A DNA stretch of 64,000 bases, from NCBI RefSeq assembly GCF_009914755.1, contig NC_060927.1; one strand, written 5' to 3'. This document shows, piece after piece, positions 38,771-53,412 of the stretch. This stretch comes from the human T2T-CHM13v2.0 reference genome, Homo sapiens. A program made the position numbers and the translations under genes. The notes under the pieces are model-generated. The model searched no databases and was not told the DNA's origin. It worked only from the letters and a program-made list of their open reading frames with translations. Numbering within the stretch: position 1 is the first letter of the stretch; each line of letters begins with the position of its first letter.

Positions 38771-39889
38771 AATGTTTAAATGGTCATGGTAATGTTATTT
38801 TTAAATGTTTGCCATGACAATAAATTTATTCAATAATTTTGATGATATGGGACTAACTCAATGTTTCCTAAACCATGTCCTGGAAACAGTCATTTTATTT
38901 TGTGCAGTGGATGGAATTAGGCATTCTACCAAAAAAAGAAAAAAGAAAAAAAAAAGAAAAGAGAGAGAGACAGAGAGAAAGAGAGAGTTTTATTGTCCAA
39001 TCAGCTTGGGAAATGTAAGGTAAAACAGATTTAACAAATTCTCTATCTCAGGACTCTTTGGCGCTGCTGAGCACTATAAGTCTCTAAAAGAAGAACTAGT
39101 GTGCAGCTTTTTCTAAACATCCCTAACCAAAGCACACTTCGTTTCCCAGGACACGTATTACTCCTGTGGAATAAAGTTTGAGAAGTGCTGCTATAGAGTA
39201 GAAGAATGAGAAAGACGCTTACTCCCTCTTAGAGAATTTTGTCATTATGTTATGTACTCAAGAATTTAACCTTCATTTATGAAATGAATATTTTCCCTCC
39301 ATGCTCCCATGGAAAGTGGAGCAAGGCCAGGAGATTGCTCACAGACCCTGGTCTTCCTTGCATTTCCTTTCCTTATACCAACAGGACTGTACTAACCTGA
39401 GAGTGTAAACTAAAGAAAACCATGACTACAAGGTATGTATACACATGGGCTTAACACTTCTAGTTACTGACCTGAAAAGCAAATATGACTGCAAGCTTAG
39501 ATTACAGCAATGCGCCCTGTGTGCCCTTTTAGCCCTCAGCATCTTTCACTTGTCACAGGCCAGAGGGCCATAAAACTGGTTTCTATATTTCTGAGTCTAA
39601 TGACTTGGAGAAAGTTCCCTGGGTAATCTGAACTTTAGTTCAATCTGTAAACTGTGAACAATGTCCTTCCTAAGCTTACCCCCTGAATTGTTCCTTTTTT
39701 AAAAAAAATAGACTCAATAATATAATACTGGTAAAAAGTATGTTTTTAAGAATGGAGCACATTTTGCCAATATATTTTTATTACAGCCAAAACTGTCATT
39801 TCCATTTAGGGCTCTCATCCTAAGCCTACGTGGCAACTAAATCAATGAATGCTGAACACACTGCATAACTTTTAACACTGAATCACTGA

Positions 39890-40258
<369 letters not shown>

Positions 40259-40542
40259 AAAGTTTATTCTTTGGTTATGATTTTAATGCCCCTCTGTGGA
40301 CTGGCCTTTACCTATCTTTCTAGGTTTGGAACAGTAACCACTCTTCTAAAAGGTTTGGTATACTCGATTTGTAGGAGGATGAGAAAAAAGGAAATACAAG
40401 AGATACTTCTAAAGTTTTCTACCGTAAGTCTGACAAAATATGGTGCCATTAAAAGAATCAGGAATTGATTCCAAAAGTTCAAGGATGAGGGGAAGAATTG
40501 AAGAGCTCCATTATAAAGTTATTGAGTATAATATGCTACAAT

Positions 40543-40915
40543 TGCTGTTCTCAAAGTTTTGGTCTCAAACCCCTTTACACTCTTAAAAATTACTGAGAAC
40601 CTCAAAGAGCTTTGTTTACATGGGTTAGAATGTATCTGTTTATATTTATTGTATTAGAAATTAAAAGTGAGAAATTTTTAAAACATAAGAATACACAAGT
40701 ACACATGTTCCATCAGCTGCCAGGGCCATGATGTCATGAGATGTTGTGTAGCTTAGGGAAAATCCCACAGCACACATGTAAGAGAGTGACAAGACAAATA
40801 ACATCACTGAGAATAATTTAGCATCGTGTTGAAGATAGCTTTGATCTTGTGGAATCCCTGAAAGGGTTTCAGAGACCTGTAAACTGTACACGGGCCCACA
40901 CTTTGAAAACCATTA
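40543..40915. mobile_element. hAT-Charlie element (MER119/Charlie7-like)
   Basis: Inverted termini ttctcaaagt...actttgaaaa; cccctttacactcttaaaaattactgag. Confidence 0.65.
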
Positions 40916-41871
40916 TGCTACTGTGTCATCAAGGTGGTTGTCTAACATGTCTCTGGAAACTTGGGACTTAAAGGGGAAAGTTTGAGGCTGTAGATATGAA
41001 CTTGTGAACAAACAGCAACAACAAAAAGATAGTTGAAGCCAAGAGCTTGGAAGATATGGGAGAAGACAATAAAGAAAAAAAAAACTTTGGGGAAGGTTAT
41101 TTAGGAAGACAAGGTTAAGAATAGGAACGTGTAAATAATACCCAAAAAATGCTGAATAAATGCTAGAGGTTCTCAGGATCAGTACAGGCAAAGAGAAAAC
41201 GTGGTACAGTGTGTCTCCTGCTAAAAACAGGTTGGGGAATGTAAGGGCTGAGAGAAGTCTACTCAATCGCACTATTTTTTATTATTGTTTCTAACATAAT
41301 TACAATTCAGGATCTTTTAAGGTTTTCTCTTTATCTTTGATAAGCAATGTGCTATGGCTTCACTATAATGAATCCAGGTGAACATTTATCTTTATCCTGC
41401 TTGGGACTCGAGCTGTAACTGAAATCTCAATACGTGTCTTCGTTTAATTCTGAAAAACTCTAAACAATTATATCTTCAAAATGGCTTCTCTGTCATTCCT
41501 TCCAGTCTTTCCTGGCTGGAACATTCACTAAACATATAATGGAAACTGTACTAGCAGGAAAGATCCAGTCTACAAGCCACCAGTTTGCAACCTCTGAGTC
41601 GAAGAATGAGGACTGCAGCATGGCCCAGTGTGGTCTATTTAAATGGCTTCCAGAGAGAACCTTGTACATAGAATTCAATGTGCAAGTTATGCAATACATC
41701 AGTCCTGGTGGAAAGGAACTGGATTCAGGAGACAGCCTGACCTTTCAAGAAATATAGTATGAAAGTAGGAGGAGGACTTGAAGGAATAGCTGGGTCAAGA
41801 GAAGGACATTTTTATGATAAGGAAAAATAGAGAGCGGGTAGAAGGGAAAGCCTTGGCCAGGAAGAGGAATA

Positions 41872-41990
41872 TTACTTCTGAAATATGAGGGAAGTAGAGT
41901 TGCGGGATAACCCAAATATTTCAAACAAAAAGAGAAAATAAGATAGCTCCCACTGGGATGGCCTTGGGCTTTCCTGTAAAACAGAGGATG
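41872..41990 (+). repeat. Donor copy of a 119-bp local dispersed duplication
   Basis: Near-identical to 43059-43178. Confidence 0.95.
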
Positions 41991-43058
41991 ATATAATTTG
42001 ATGAGAATAATGGGGGCAGGAGAGGGTTTGGCTGAGAAAAGTGAAGATGGCTTGGAAGAGCCGCTATGGACCCTGCAGTACTGACTGAACAAGAGAGGAA
42101 AGGAACAGATACCCATGAAAAAGGCATGCTGAGAGCCACTGGCGTAAGTCGCAAGTTGTAGTAAACCCCAGCATAGCTTTGTGACTTCAGCCAACAATTC
42201 TTGGCACCTCAAGATGTTAAACAACTGCCTGAGCACGTGGTCTTCTGTGTGGAAAGAGTGCCAGGGAGGACAGACTCGGAGATAATTCCCTTCTATGGAA
42301 AGGCTGGCCAGCAGGACAATATTCGTTTAATATGTGTCTTGGTCACAAAATCTCATAAAGTCGTCTCTGAGTTTTTTCCTTCAGAGGGCAATACAATCAA
42401 CCCTGTTCAATCCACCCAGAATGAGATTAAAAAAGACAGAACTTCAGATGGGAGATCAGCAGAGTAAGACACTCTTATCAACAGATTTTCTGAACAAACA
42501 GAACATCTCTAGGACAAATATTTGCTAGTTCAAGTCAGATTAACTGGACCTTCCTCCTGGAAAACGTTATTAATATTACACATATAATGTTTTCATCTAA
42601 ACTGAGACACATTGGAGAATAAAAGACGGCACTATGAATAATTAAGTGGGAACAGTAAGCACATAATAAGACTGATCCAGGCAAAAGGAAACTTATGGCC
42701 CATGCTCATTTATACATGACCCAAACTGAATTGCGATAAGCAGCTCAGAAATGCATGGAACACACAGTTCTGTATGGTTGGTCACAGGAAAATAAGGATG
42801 CTTACCTACCCAGAAAACTGTGAGCAACAAGGACAGAAAGCCATTTCAAGGATGCCCTGGCTCACATATCCAAAGGGCTGTGGTTAGCTAAATTACAATA
42901 GCACGAGGCCAGTTTAGAATACAGTATGAGGAAGAGGACGATTCTTCTAATGGAAAGATGTGTAGTGCCCATGAATCCCAGAAGAGTCCAATCAGAGTAG
43001 GCTCTGTGGCTGGTTGGTACCAAAATACTTTCTCAAATGCCAAATATGGAAAAGATGG

Positions 43059-43178
43059 TTACTTCTGAAATACGAGGGAAGTAGAGTTGCAGGATAACCC
43101 AAATATTTCAAACAACAAAGAAAAAATAAGATAGCTCCCACTGGGATGGCCTTGGGCTTCCCTGTAAAACAGAGGATG
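43059..43178 (+). repeat. Inserted copy of the 119-bp duplication
   Basis: About 5 differences from 41872-41990; flanked by a gatggttactt direct repeat. Confidence 0.95.
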
Positions 43179-43377
43179 GTTACTTTTCCAAACTTGGCAC
43201 TTAAAGGAAACATATTCTGACTCAAATAACAATTCATCAATAAAATCGAGTTCAAAATTAAAGGTGTGAGCTTCCTAGTAGCTTACGAGGGCAGGGCATA
43301 AAAGGAGACACTTTTTCAGTTAAAAAAAAAAAAGTGTTAAGTAAGCTTTTCTTTAGAGCCTCACAGCTAAAGCACTA

Positions 43378-43535
43378 TGTCTTTGCTACTCAAAGTATGG
43401 GCCATGAACTAGTAGCAATAGCATCCCTGGGAAACTTGTTAGAAATGAAGAATCTTGTTTATACATACTGAGTCAGATTCTGCATGTACAAGATGTCCAG
43501 GTGATTCCCATGCACATTAAAGTTTGAGAGGCACT
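43378..43535. mobile_element. MER5-like element
   Basis: gctacttcaaagtatgggcc...cacattaaagtttgagaggcact. Confidence 0.7.
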
Positions 43536-43544
43536 AAAAACAGA

Positions 43545-43802
43545 GGCCAGGCATGGTGGTTCATGCCTGTAATCCCAGCACTTTGGGAGGTAGAGGCAGG
43601 CAGATCACCTGAGGTCAGGGGTTTGAGACCAGCCTGGCCAACATGGTGAAACCCCATCTCTACTATAAATGCAAAAATATTAGCCGGACATGGTGGCACG
43701 TGCCTGTAGTCCCAGCTACTCAGGAGGCTAAGGAGGGAGAATTGCTTAAACCTGGGAGGTGGAGAGTGCTAGGATTATAGGCGTGAGCCACCATGCCCAA
43801 CC
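43545..43802 (+). mobile_element. 3'-truncated AluS (+, 43545-43764) fused to the 5' 38 nt of an opposite-strand Alu (43765-43802)
   Basis: Junction gggaggtggag|agtgctaggattataggcgtgagccaccatgcccaacc. Confidence 0.9.
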
Positions 43803-44332
43803 AGGAAAAGATTCTTGACCTCAGTGCCCTCCTTTGGGACAAGCAGGAGGCTCCTTGCTCACCTCTAGCTCAAATTTGACTCTAGAGGTTGGGAAGGGAT
43901 TGACCCTGGAGCAGCTAGTAAAGCTCCATTGGCTGCCTCTCAGCCACATGAGCAGGCCATCACTCATCACTGCTGACTTTGACCTAGGGAGCTGCTTGGC
44001 CTTGAACATGTTTGAAGATGTGGCCAAGTGTATACCTCCTTGAATGGTAAATGGTTTAAAATGCCAAATAGCAAAGAAAACATAGACCAAAAAGTTCAAT
44101 CCACTTAATCCCATAAGTAATACAACAGAAATACACAAATTTTTGGTCCCCATTAAAGCGCTCCTCTCAAATCTTTTTAAATAGTAGATGAGACATTCCC
44201 CATATATGGAAGCTATTGAGTTGTGAGAGAGAAAACAAAAAGTAAACATGGACTACTTCAAAGAAAAGCCCACCAGTCTTTTATTACAACTTTATAACAA
44301 GTAAAAAAAAAAATTGTATTTTTCCAACCAAC

Positions 44333-44417
44333 CTGATAACATGGATCCCTCATTAGTAGCCTCAGACAGATTAACACTCTCAGAAAATGAATAGATGGGG
44401 CTCGATTAACCCACTCT
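44333..44417 (-). CDS. NEK10: NEK10 coding exon (R)EWVNRAPSIHFLRVLICLRLLMRDPCYQ, 85 nt
   Basis: Translation matches recalled NEK10; acceptor ttctttcag, donor CAG|gttggt; phase 2-0. Confidence 0.95.
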
Positions 44418-45189
44418 CTGAAAGAAGAAAACAAGAGAACATGTTCACGTTTAAAATCCCAGTGTGGCAATTCATAAAAATGCAAGGCTATGAAGGAGTA
44501 TAAAGAACGCACTAAGCACTTAGTTAATTTGCACTGGGGACTGTTATTTGGTACTTGAACACTTGACTCATTTTAATTCAAAACACATTTAAACTATCTT
44601 TTTCAGTGTGGAGGAGAGGCCCCCCCCAAACTTATTTGGTTCATGCCACCACCCTTACTGACTCAGTAATATTTCATAGTACCCTAAGATCAAACGAAAG
44701 AGCTAAATGTTCCAAAATTTAGGTAGGTCTAACTTGGTAAGAATTTACGCCATAACCAATTGGTATCCACTTGAAAAAATAATACATTACATCAAAAGAT
44801 TATTTTCATAACCACACTTACTTATTAATGGGGGTGTGTGCATTAGTGGAAACAAAACAACTTCTCAAGCCTGGGAATCAGTTTGGACTTCACCATCTTT
44901 GTTTTCTCTTCCCCCTTTCATAGAGTACTTGTTTTTTTATCATAGCAACCACTGAAAACTCAGCTTCTGAAAGATATACCATCAGCTAAAGGAAGGCAGG
45001 ATGACCTAACATTGAAATCACAAACTGCCTTCAGTTGTTCATGCTGTATCTGATGGATGTTGAGTAGCACTGAGGGTGTTTTTGGTTTTGTTTTTTAGAA
45101 AATTGAAAATACCTCACAGTGTCCCCTGGGAGTTCTCTGCAGCCCTGAGGCAGTTTGGTGCTCAGTTTGGGAAACACAGGGATAAAGTA

Positions 45190-45640
45190 TTTTTTTAGAT
45201 TAGTTTCCCCAGAAGCAGACCCTGAGATGAAGATTAGTGTGTGCAAATTAATGACTGAAAACATGCTCTCAGGAGAGGCCAGTAAGAGAGTGGGAGAAAC
45301 AGGAAAGGGAAGAGGAGAAATCCAAGCAAGGGTATCACATCAGCCAAAATCTCCCCTCAATCCGAACAGTGGGGCTCTGGAATGTAAGTTACTGCTCAGA
45401 GTTGTCCCATACTGAGGCAAGGGCACTGGGCTTTTCTACACTACTGAAGCTGTTGCCATTCGCTAAGAGCTGCAGGAGGGACTGATGGAGCATTCCCAGA
45501 CACTCCCACTGGCTCTCTGTGCCTGCAGGCAAGGTAGACTCAAGGAACCTGAGGGTGGTTGGTGCAAGTGTTGTTGGACAGGAAGGTGCCAAAACCAAAA
45601 GGGTGAGAACGGGAGGATTCTGGGCAAAGCACCAATACTA
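45190..45640 (-). mobile_element. ERVL solo LTR (LTR16/LTR33-like)
   Basis: gtttccccagaagcagaccctgagatgaagattagtgtgtgcaaat. Confidence 0.6.
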
Positions 45641-46549
45641 CCCTACAGTTCTATAGTGAGATTCAGCAGAACCCTTTGAAATCAAAGTCACAGTCACTGG
45701 AGAAGTCATATTATGACAGAAACTGAAGGTGTATTTGCCACAGGTCTGTTCAGAGGGGGGAAAAAAAAACCTGGATTTTTACTTCAAATATTGAATATAG
45801 CCAATATCCAAAATACCATCATCAGATTTCTAAAGAACTATTTAACTTAAAAGTATCACTTCAATGTCATCAAATGCTACAAGTATTCACTCAACTACCT
45901 TTTGAGAGGCTTTCAAAAAGTATGTTTCTTTAGCAAAGAATGATTTAGTTGCATCCTTCAAAGGTCTTTAAAATAAGGACAATTGCAATTTTGCAATGTT
46001 TTTGAAAGAAGCCAGACACTAATCAAATTCAGAGGTGGTCACAAGGCCTTGCACCCAGCAGCTAGCAGCTACTCAAATATATATGGATGACCAATTCTCT
46101 GATTTAAACCAGTGTGGTAAAGGTAGGCACATTTTAGGCACCTCTCACTTAGATTTAAACCTAAGGGAGCATATCAGTCAAGGCAGAATCCCTCCACTGT
46201 CATGCCTCTATGAGCTCAGAAGGTGAGGTTAGCTTAGAAGTAGGAAGTCAGGGTAGGGATAGTCTATGCTCTTTGGTGACACCCACATCCCTTCCTGACC
46301 CTGCTGGGCCACTGTGAACAATTTCTATTTTGTCGCTCAGCTGTCCCACATCCAGTTATAGCTAGTAGTAAATGCAGTCAAAATGTTAAAGCTTTTCAGT
46401 CAGCTCCTAATGTTGCTTCATAGGCCATAGAACGTGCACAATGCAAGGTGCATTTCACATCAGTTGTTGAGGATACTTGTACCCAAAGAGTTGGAGCAAC
46501 AGAGCCCAGACTGAAACTAGAACCCATGGCTTCCTGAATCTCAGTTTGA

Positions 46550-47070
46550 TAGTCAGCATGTCTGAAATTGACTTCATGAACTCCCCCTCAAGCCTGATCC
46601 TTCCAGTCATCTAGGTAACCAGACAGAAACCCTTGGTGTTTTTCTTGCCTCCTCTATTTCCCTCACATTCTTTGCCAATTCCTCAGCAAATCCTGTCTGC
46701 TCTACCTTTAAAATATCTGCCTCCACAACCTATCCACTTCTCACTATTTCCTCCACCACCACCCAGGATCAAGCCACCACCATCTTTTGCTTGAGCCATT
46801 GCAAAAGCCTCCTATCTGGCATCTTTGCTTCCAGCTTTGCCCCTTCCTTTACTCTCTCACATCTGCCAAGATGATTCTTTACAAACACAAGTCCATTCAC
46901 GTCACTCCTCAGCCCAAATCCTCCAACAGACCCCATCTCGTTCAGAATAAAAACCAAAGTCCATACCATGACTCATAGGCCCTCCAGGGCCTGGCCTCCC
47001 CATTACACCTCTGGCCTCATGTCTTTCCACTGCCCCTTGTTCACTCCCTCCCAGTCATGCTGACCTTCTC
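46550..47070. mobile_element. L2
   Basis: cagcaaatcctgtctgctctacctttaaaatat; caagccaccaccatcttttgcttg. Confidence 0.75.
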
Positions 47071-50000
47071 ATTACATGGCTGGGCCAAGGTCCAGTGCCT
47101 AAGGTGCTTCCCATGAAAGCCTTTTGTGGCTTTTCAACACTGGAACCTCATAAAGAATTTGAAAGATGTTCTCCATGATATGAGGCCAGTCACCTGCAGT
47201 TGTTCTAACCACAGTGTATGTTGTGCAGAAGTGGCCAACACAGCACAGACTGAACTCCTGAGGTGAGAAAGAGAGGCTGAGTGCTGCCATGCACTGGAAC
47301 TTGGAAACAGAAGGTGGTCCTGGCCAGGTGACACTTGCTCACACTGCCCTTCAAGCTAGTTCCATAGTGGTGCTTGGTGCACACGTTAACAAAAGCCTAA
47401 AACACAAAGCATCTTCTATTTCATACTCAGCCAAGAAAAAGCGAGGGAGATAATGGAAGCTATTCTAGACTAGAATCTATATAATTTCTCCCACATCTCC
47501 CACCTCCACAGCTGAGCTGATTGTGTATCCAGCAAGAATAAAGATCTGCCCCCTTGTCAAACACAGCAATTACTTGAGTTGTGGACCCAAGCCACTCATT
47601 GCCTGGCCTGTCCCACACTGATCCTCTGCCTCTGGGTACAGTTCATCTCTGTCTCCTCTATGATCCTGAGAAATTCAACTCTGCCCCCAAACCAGCACGT
47701 CTCAAACCTGAGTGAATGAGAACCATCTTCCTCAAAGTTAGGATGAACATTTGTAGTGACTGCCACTAGAGGTGCTACTCCCCACCCCACCCCACTCACA
47801 CTCCACCCCAAGCCACTCACCATTCCTTCCATCTACAAAGACTGACTTCATGGGAAGGAGGTTGATAGGTAAGCTCTTCCCAAAGTCTTATACTCCTGAG
47901 TGCTCATTATAGATTACAGTCCCCCAACAAGGCCTGGCTCTGTGGAGAGATGTTGAGTAAGATGTCCAAAGAATATCACTGGCTGAGGATTACTCTTCCT
48001 CCCATCACCAAGACTCTTGGCAGCTATGCTGCCCACCACAGTTGCCATCAACACCTTGGCCCCTCCTCTGGCCCAAGCACCCTGTCAGTGACCCCTTTTT
48101 GCCAAGGGGACAAAGCCCAGTTTCCTCTGAAAATAGAGTCAGGATTCAACCAATCCCAAAACTGCCAGCCAGGCAGAATTATCCAAGGCCACATCCAGGA
48201 TGTACTATGGGTTCATCCTGACTTCAGATCAGACATACCCTGCATTGGGAAAAATAAACCAAATTTGAAATACATTTTGAATTCAAAATGATCATCTATG
48301 GGGGCACTTACTAAAAATATGGTTATTCTAAAGCTCCTAATACAGAGAGGATATCTTTAATCTTTATAATTAGGAAGAGGGCACATGACAAGTTTCTCTT
48401 TCAGGTGCTGGGTTAGCTAAAGGCAGCATGTAGCCTGAATTATAGGGCAAAGATACTACATCCCAAAGATCTAACAGAAGTAATGATCAGGTTGCAACAG
48501 CTGCTAGCAACCTAGTGATGTTGAATGCTAATTACTTTTCATTATTTAAAGGAAAAGCCATGGGGCATTTTAAGAGATGATTCACGCTACAAATATGTGT
48601 ACAGTTGGTATTTTTTACTGTTAGCCATATACAATCATCATGAGGAAATTTCATGACTTTTCCAGTGATTTTTCATATTAATATAAATATAAAAAGTTTG
48701 TTTCCTTCCCACCTCCCAGGAAAAAGAAAAGAACAAAAATTCCAGAATAGTTTTTTTTAACTAATAAAGAAGTGTATATAAATGAAGAGTTCCAGAAAAA
48801 TCTCAGAGTTGAAATTTCTGTTCCAACCAAATGGAATTTTTGTTTTGTTTTGTTTTGCAATTTGGGAACTGAAGCCCAAAGCTATTAATATTTCTACGCG
48901 GCCTCTGCTGCTGTAAATGTAAATAGAATTCCTGGTGTCTGAGTCCTCTGGCTTCTCATCTCTTTGCGCTGACCTCTGAAAGAGCAGTTGTTCCTTCCTT
49001 GGCTCTCAGCCCTTAACCCACTGCAAGGACGGAGCACATGGGATGAAGTGCTGGTGTTCAAGGAGAATTGCATGCTCTTCAAGACTATATACACATATAC
49101 ACATATATACATACATCTGTTTGCCACGAGCTGAGGGACTAGGAAACACACAGCTTAGTGCAACTGGAGAATTACAGTGAATAATAGTGACAGATTGTAA
49201 AGACAGGCACCTTTATTTTACTGACTCAGCAATTGTGGCCTGGAGGAGCTGAGTGTCTGGCCCACAGCTACACAATAAGTAATAGAGCCAGGTGCCAGAC
49301 TCCCATTCCAGTGCTCTTGCCATCCCTCCCCTCCACCTAAGTCTATACAGGGATGGCTGAAGAGAAAGTGACTCTGCAGATATGTTTAATATGGGAACAG
49401 TAGCATTCAGCAGAGTGGCATGGGGGCAGCCCTGAGAAACCTGTCTGCAAAGATAGTATTTCTCTAGAGGCCATGTCTCAATATAGCAGCCACACAGAAG
49501 CAAATTCATGAGCGGGCAAATATTTGTCCCCTCTTATGAGTGAACTTACGCCACTGTTTTCACAGGACTATTAATACATGGCAGCGTGATCAGCTCCTGC
49601 CACCCCTGTCCGTGACCACCTGCCATTCTGCTGTCAGCATCAGGTGCCATCTTCTGCCATCAATATAAAATGAAGGAAAAGCACCGGAGACACATTATTT
49701 GAAAAGGGAAAGAGTAGCCAGGGTTTCAACTTCTTACACAGTAAGAGAAACAAATATGTGATGTGAGGGTTCCAAGTAAAAAGTCAGTCCACGAAGCTGT
49801 GCTATTATAATGAAGCAGGGTTAACTGAACCCAGGAACTGATGCAAATGGCAGAAGTGACAATGTTGACTGTATTTGTAGCACACTCTGTCTTTTTCATG
49901 TCACAGCCCTTTTCATGTTGTAGTAGTTTTCATTAACCACAAGACAAACCAAAACAACCTGCCATCTTTGACTCATTAAAAACAGAGGAATTCAAGCCTA

Positions 50001-50329
50001 TTTCAAAACACATATCACCTCAAATTCATAAGACAGAGTCCAATTTTTTTGGATAGCTGAAAAAGTAAAATTCACATCTATGCAAAACTTAAAAAAAAAA
50101 AACAAGAATATATGTGAAGAAATTCATCCTAAATGATTATTTAGGGAATTCTCACTGACTTATTTTGCTATTCTTAACAGGTCTTTGTTCTTTCTCTGTG
50201 TCCCCTACTAAATCTAGCATGAAATGTACACCCAATCAGAAACCCATCAAATGGATCATGTTGGCCCCTAAAATCAGGATATAAATGCATTCTTAGAGGT
50301 ATTTCTTCTACATAATTAATGAAAATTTC

Positions 50330-51075
50330 AGAATATTTTCAAATATTTAGTATATACTCATCACCTGTGATCAGCCAAGTACTGTTATAAGCCCAGGAGT
50401 ACAGCAGAGGAAAAACCCATGCACTTGTTCTCATGGAGCTTACATTCTGATCACAAAAACAAATAAAAATGCATATCAGGTGGTGGCCAGTGGAGAATAA
50501 TCAAGGTTAAGGATTTAATGAGTACTGGGCATGCTATTTTAGGACAGTCACAGAACAGTTCTTTGATAAGATTAGCATCTGAGTTATTTGAGGGATTGAT
50601 CCATATGGATGTCTAGGTCAGAACAGCAGAGTAGTTAAATACATAGTCCCTGAGGCAGGAATACTGTAAACTGCAAAGAATAGCAAGGAAGCCAGTGGGG
50701 CTGGAGCAGAGTGAGCAAAGATAGAGCAATAGGGATTGGGGTGAGAGAGACAGGAGAAGCCAGAGCTTTAACGGCCTTGTAAAATAAGAACAGGGCCTTT
50801 GGATTTTTTATCCAGGGAAGTCACTGGAAGGCTCTGGGGAGAGGATTGACATAATCTGAAGGAGATTTTGAAAAAATCCTTCTAAATTCAACGTTGAGAA
50901 CAGAGTATAAAGAGCCAAGCATCAAAAGCAGGGAGCCCTGTTAGCCTACTGCAATAGTCCAAGCAAGAGATGATGGGGGTTTGGACTAGCTGATGGGGAA
51001 GACTAAAACTGAGGCATTCTCACACATTGAGTGAGAAAACTCAAAAGTACTGTTTTAAACATGTTAACTTTGAGA
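50330..51075. mobile_element. L2
   Basis: ctcatggagcttacattct; gcaaggaagccagtggggctggagcagagtgag; gcaatagtccaagcaagagatgatgg. Confidence 0.75.
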
Positions 51076-51142
51076 TGCTTAAAGAAGGAAGAGCCCACAA
51101 ATCAATATGTATAACAAAAGATGAATTTACAGCAAAGGAGAG

Positions 51143-51493
51143 TGATATGGATTGGCTGTGTCCCCACCCAAATCTCATCTTGAATTCCCACATGTTGTGG
51201 GAGGGACCTGGTGGGAGGTATTTAATCATGGGGGCAGGTCTTTCCTGTGCTGTTCTTGTGATAGTGAATGAGTCTCATGAGATCTCATGGTTTTAAAAAT
51301 GGGAGTTTCCCTGCACAAGCTCTTTTTGCCTGCTGCCATCCATGTAAGACATGAATTGCTCCTCCTTGCCTTCTGCCATGATTGTGAGGCCTCCCCAGCC
51401 ACATGGAAATGTAAGTCCATTAAACTTTTTTCCTGTATAAATTACCCAGTCTCGAGTATGTCTTTATTAGCGACGTGAAAACAGACTAATACA
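51143..51493 (+). mobile_element. THE1 solo LTR with 5-bp TSD
   Basis: tgatatgg...gactaataca; TSD gagag at 51138-51142 and 51494-51498. Confidence 0.95.
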
Positions 51494-52057
51494 GAGAGTG
51501 TACTTAGAAGGCCCCATTTCTTGGAGCTAAGTGGATAGGAAAATTTAGGAAAGGCCAGGTTTCACAAGGCTGTTTGGGGATTGGTTGATTTTTAGCTGTG
51601 GAAATGCGGCTCCCAGGATGTGACTGTCAGTTACTTCCTGGCTCTCAGAAACTTATGTACTCATGAGAAACTGTCATTTATTGATTTGGCCAGGTTTAAA
51701 ACTGGTTCTGGTGGTTACCTGTAGCCAAGGAACAACCAGTTCTTTCCTGGGAAGGTAGGAACATTTTCACTTCATGCCTATTGACAGCCAAGTGAATGAG
51801 CTACACAAGAAGCAGTAAGTCTGGTTACCAAAGTGATACTTTTCCCTGGTGCACACCTAAAACAAATTTTAAATGTGCATTGATTAGTAAAGAACAAGGG
51901 AATCCGTGAGGCATTAGAGAAAAAAGTACCAGCCATGGCTTTGTCTCAGGACCTTGGACCTTACCTGCTCATCTCCCACATCTATCAAATGAGGCTTAAG
52001 AAGGTTTTCTTCAGAGTCCATTCTACCTCTATAATTTCATGACTTTTTTGGTATATA

Positions 52058-52298
52058 TAGTCATCCCTTGGTATCCTCAGGAGTTCCAGGACACCCACGG
52101 TTACCAAAATCCACAGAACCTACACATATTCTCACATGTACTATAAATCATCTTAGATTACTCATAATACCTAATATGACATAAATGCTCTGTAAGTATT
52201 TTTATTGTTGTGTTTTTTATTGTTTTTCCTGAATATTTTTTAATCTGCAGTTGGTTGAATCTGATGATGCAGAACCCTTGGATATCAAGGGCTGACTG
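52058..52298. mobile_element. MER2-like (Tigger) DNA transposon
   Basis: Inverted termini agtcatcccttggtatcc / ggatatcaagggctgact. Confidence 0.8.
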
Positions 52299-53092
52299 CC
52301 TGTGTGTGTGTGTACATGTGTGTACACATTTACCTAAAATACCCTAGATAATATTGCATGAGAAATAATAATATAAGAGCTAGATATTTGCTCCAAGTTA
52401 GGTGATGGGAAGAAGGGAAATCATCATTTGCTTGAGGACTACATGAGATCTTAGGTTGTTAAAGCTTATTTGCTTCATGTCTATGTTTAAGGTTGTGAAG
52501 CTTCGAGTAAAAGAGAGAAAAAAAGACAAATTTCATTCTCAAACAATGATCCAGCTGTTTAAAAAGTTCTACTCTGGGTAAAAGCAGAATGTAGTTTTGT
52601 ATGTGCATAATAATCTATCAGATAAGTGAAGGAAAAAAGCATAAAATTGTTAAAAGATTAGAAGGAAATGTAGCAAAAGTTAATATAGCTGTTTCTAAGG
52701 GTGGTATAAATAGTAAGTTTTCATGTTTTTATAATTTTCTGTGTTTTCCAAAATTTTTAAAGCAATCAAAATAATTTAATGCAAAGAAATTCCAAATGAA
52801 CAATCTTAGCCTCAATGTTCACCTAACAAAACCAGTGTCAATGGCTCGAGCAGGGGATAAAAGACTATAAAGAGGTGGAGACAGAGTGCTTCAGGCAGAG
52901 GACTACCACGGTCAAAGGATCAGAGGTGACAAAAAGAATAACTTTCATAGGAACAGAAATTTCACTCTGACCTCAATGAGTCCAGGAAAGACACTGGACA
53001 GAATAAAGAGATGAGGCCAAGAAGGAACAAGATCTCAAAGAACTATGTGAACCAACTAAGGAATAGGCCGTTATAACATTTTTTAGTACCTA

Positions 53093-53412
<320 letters not shown>

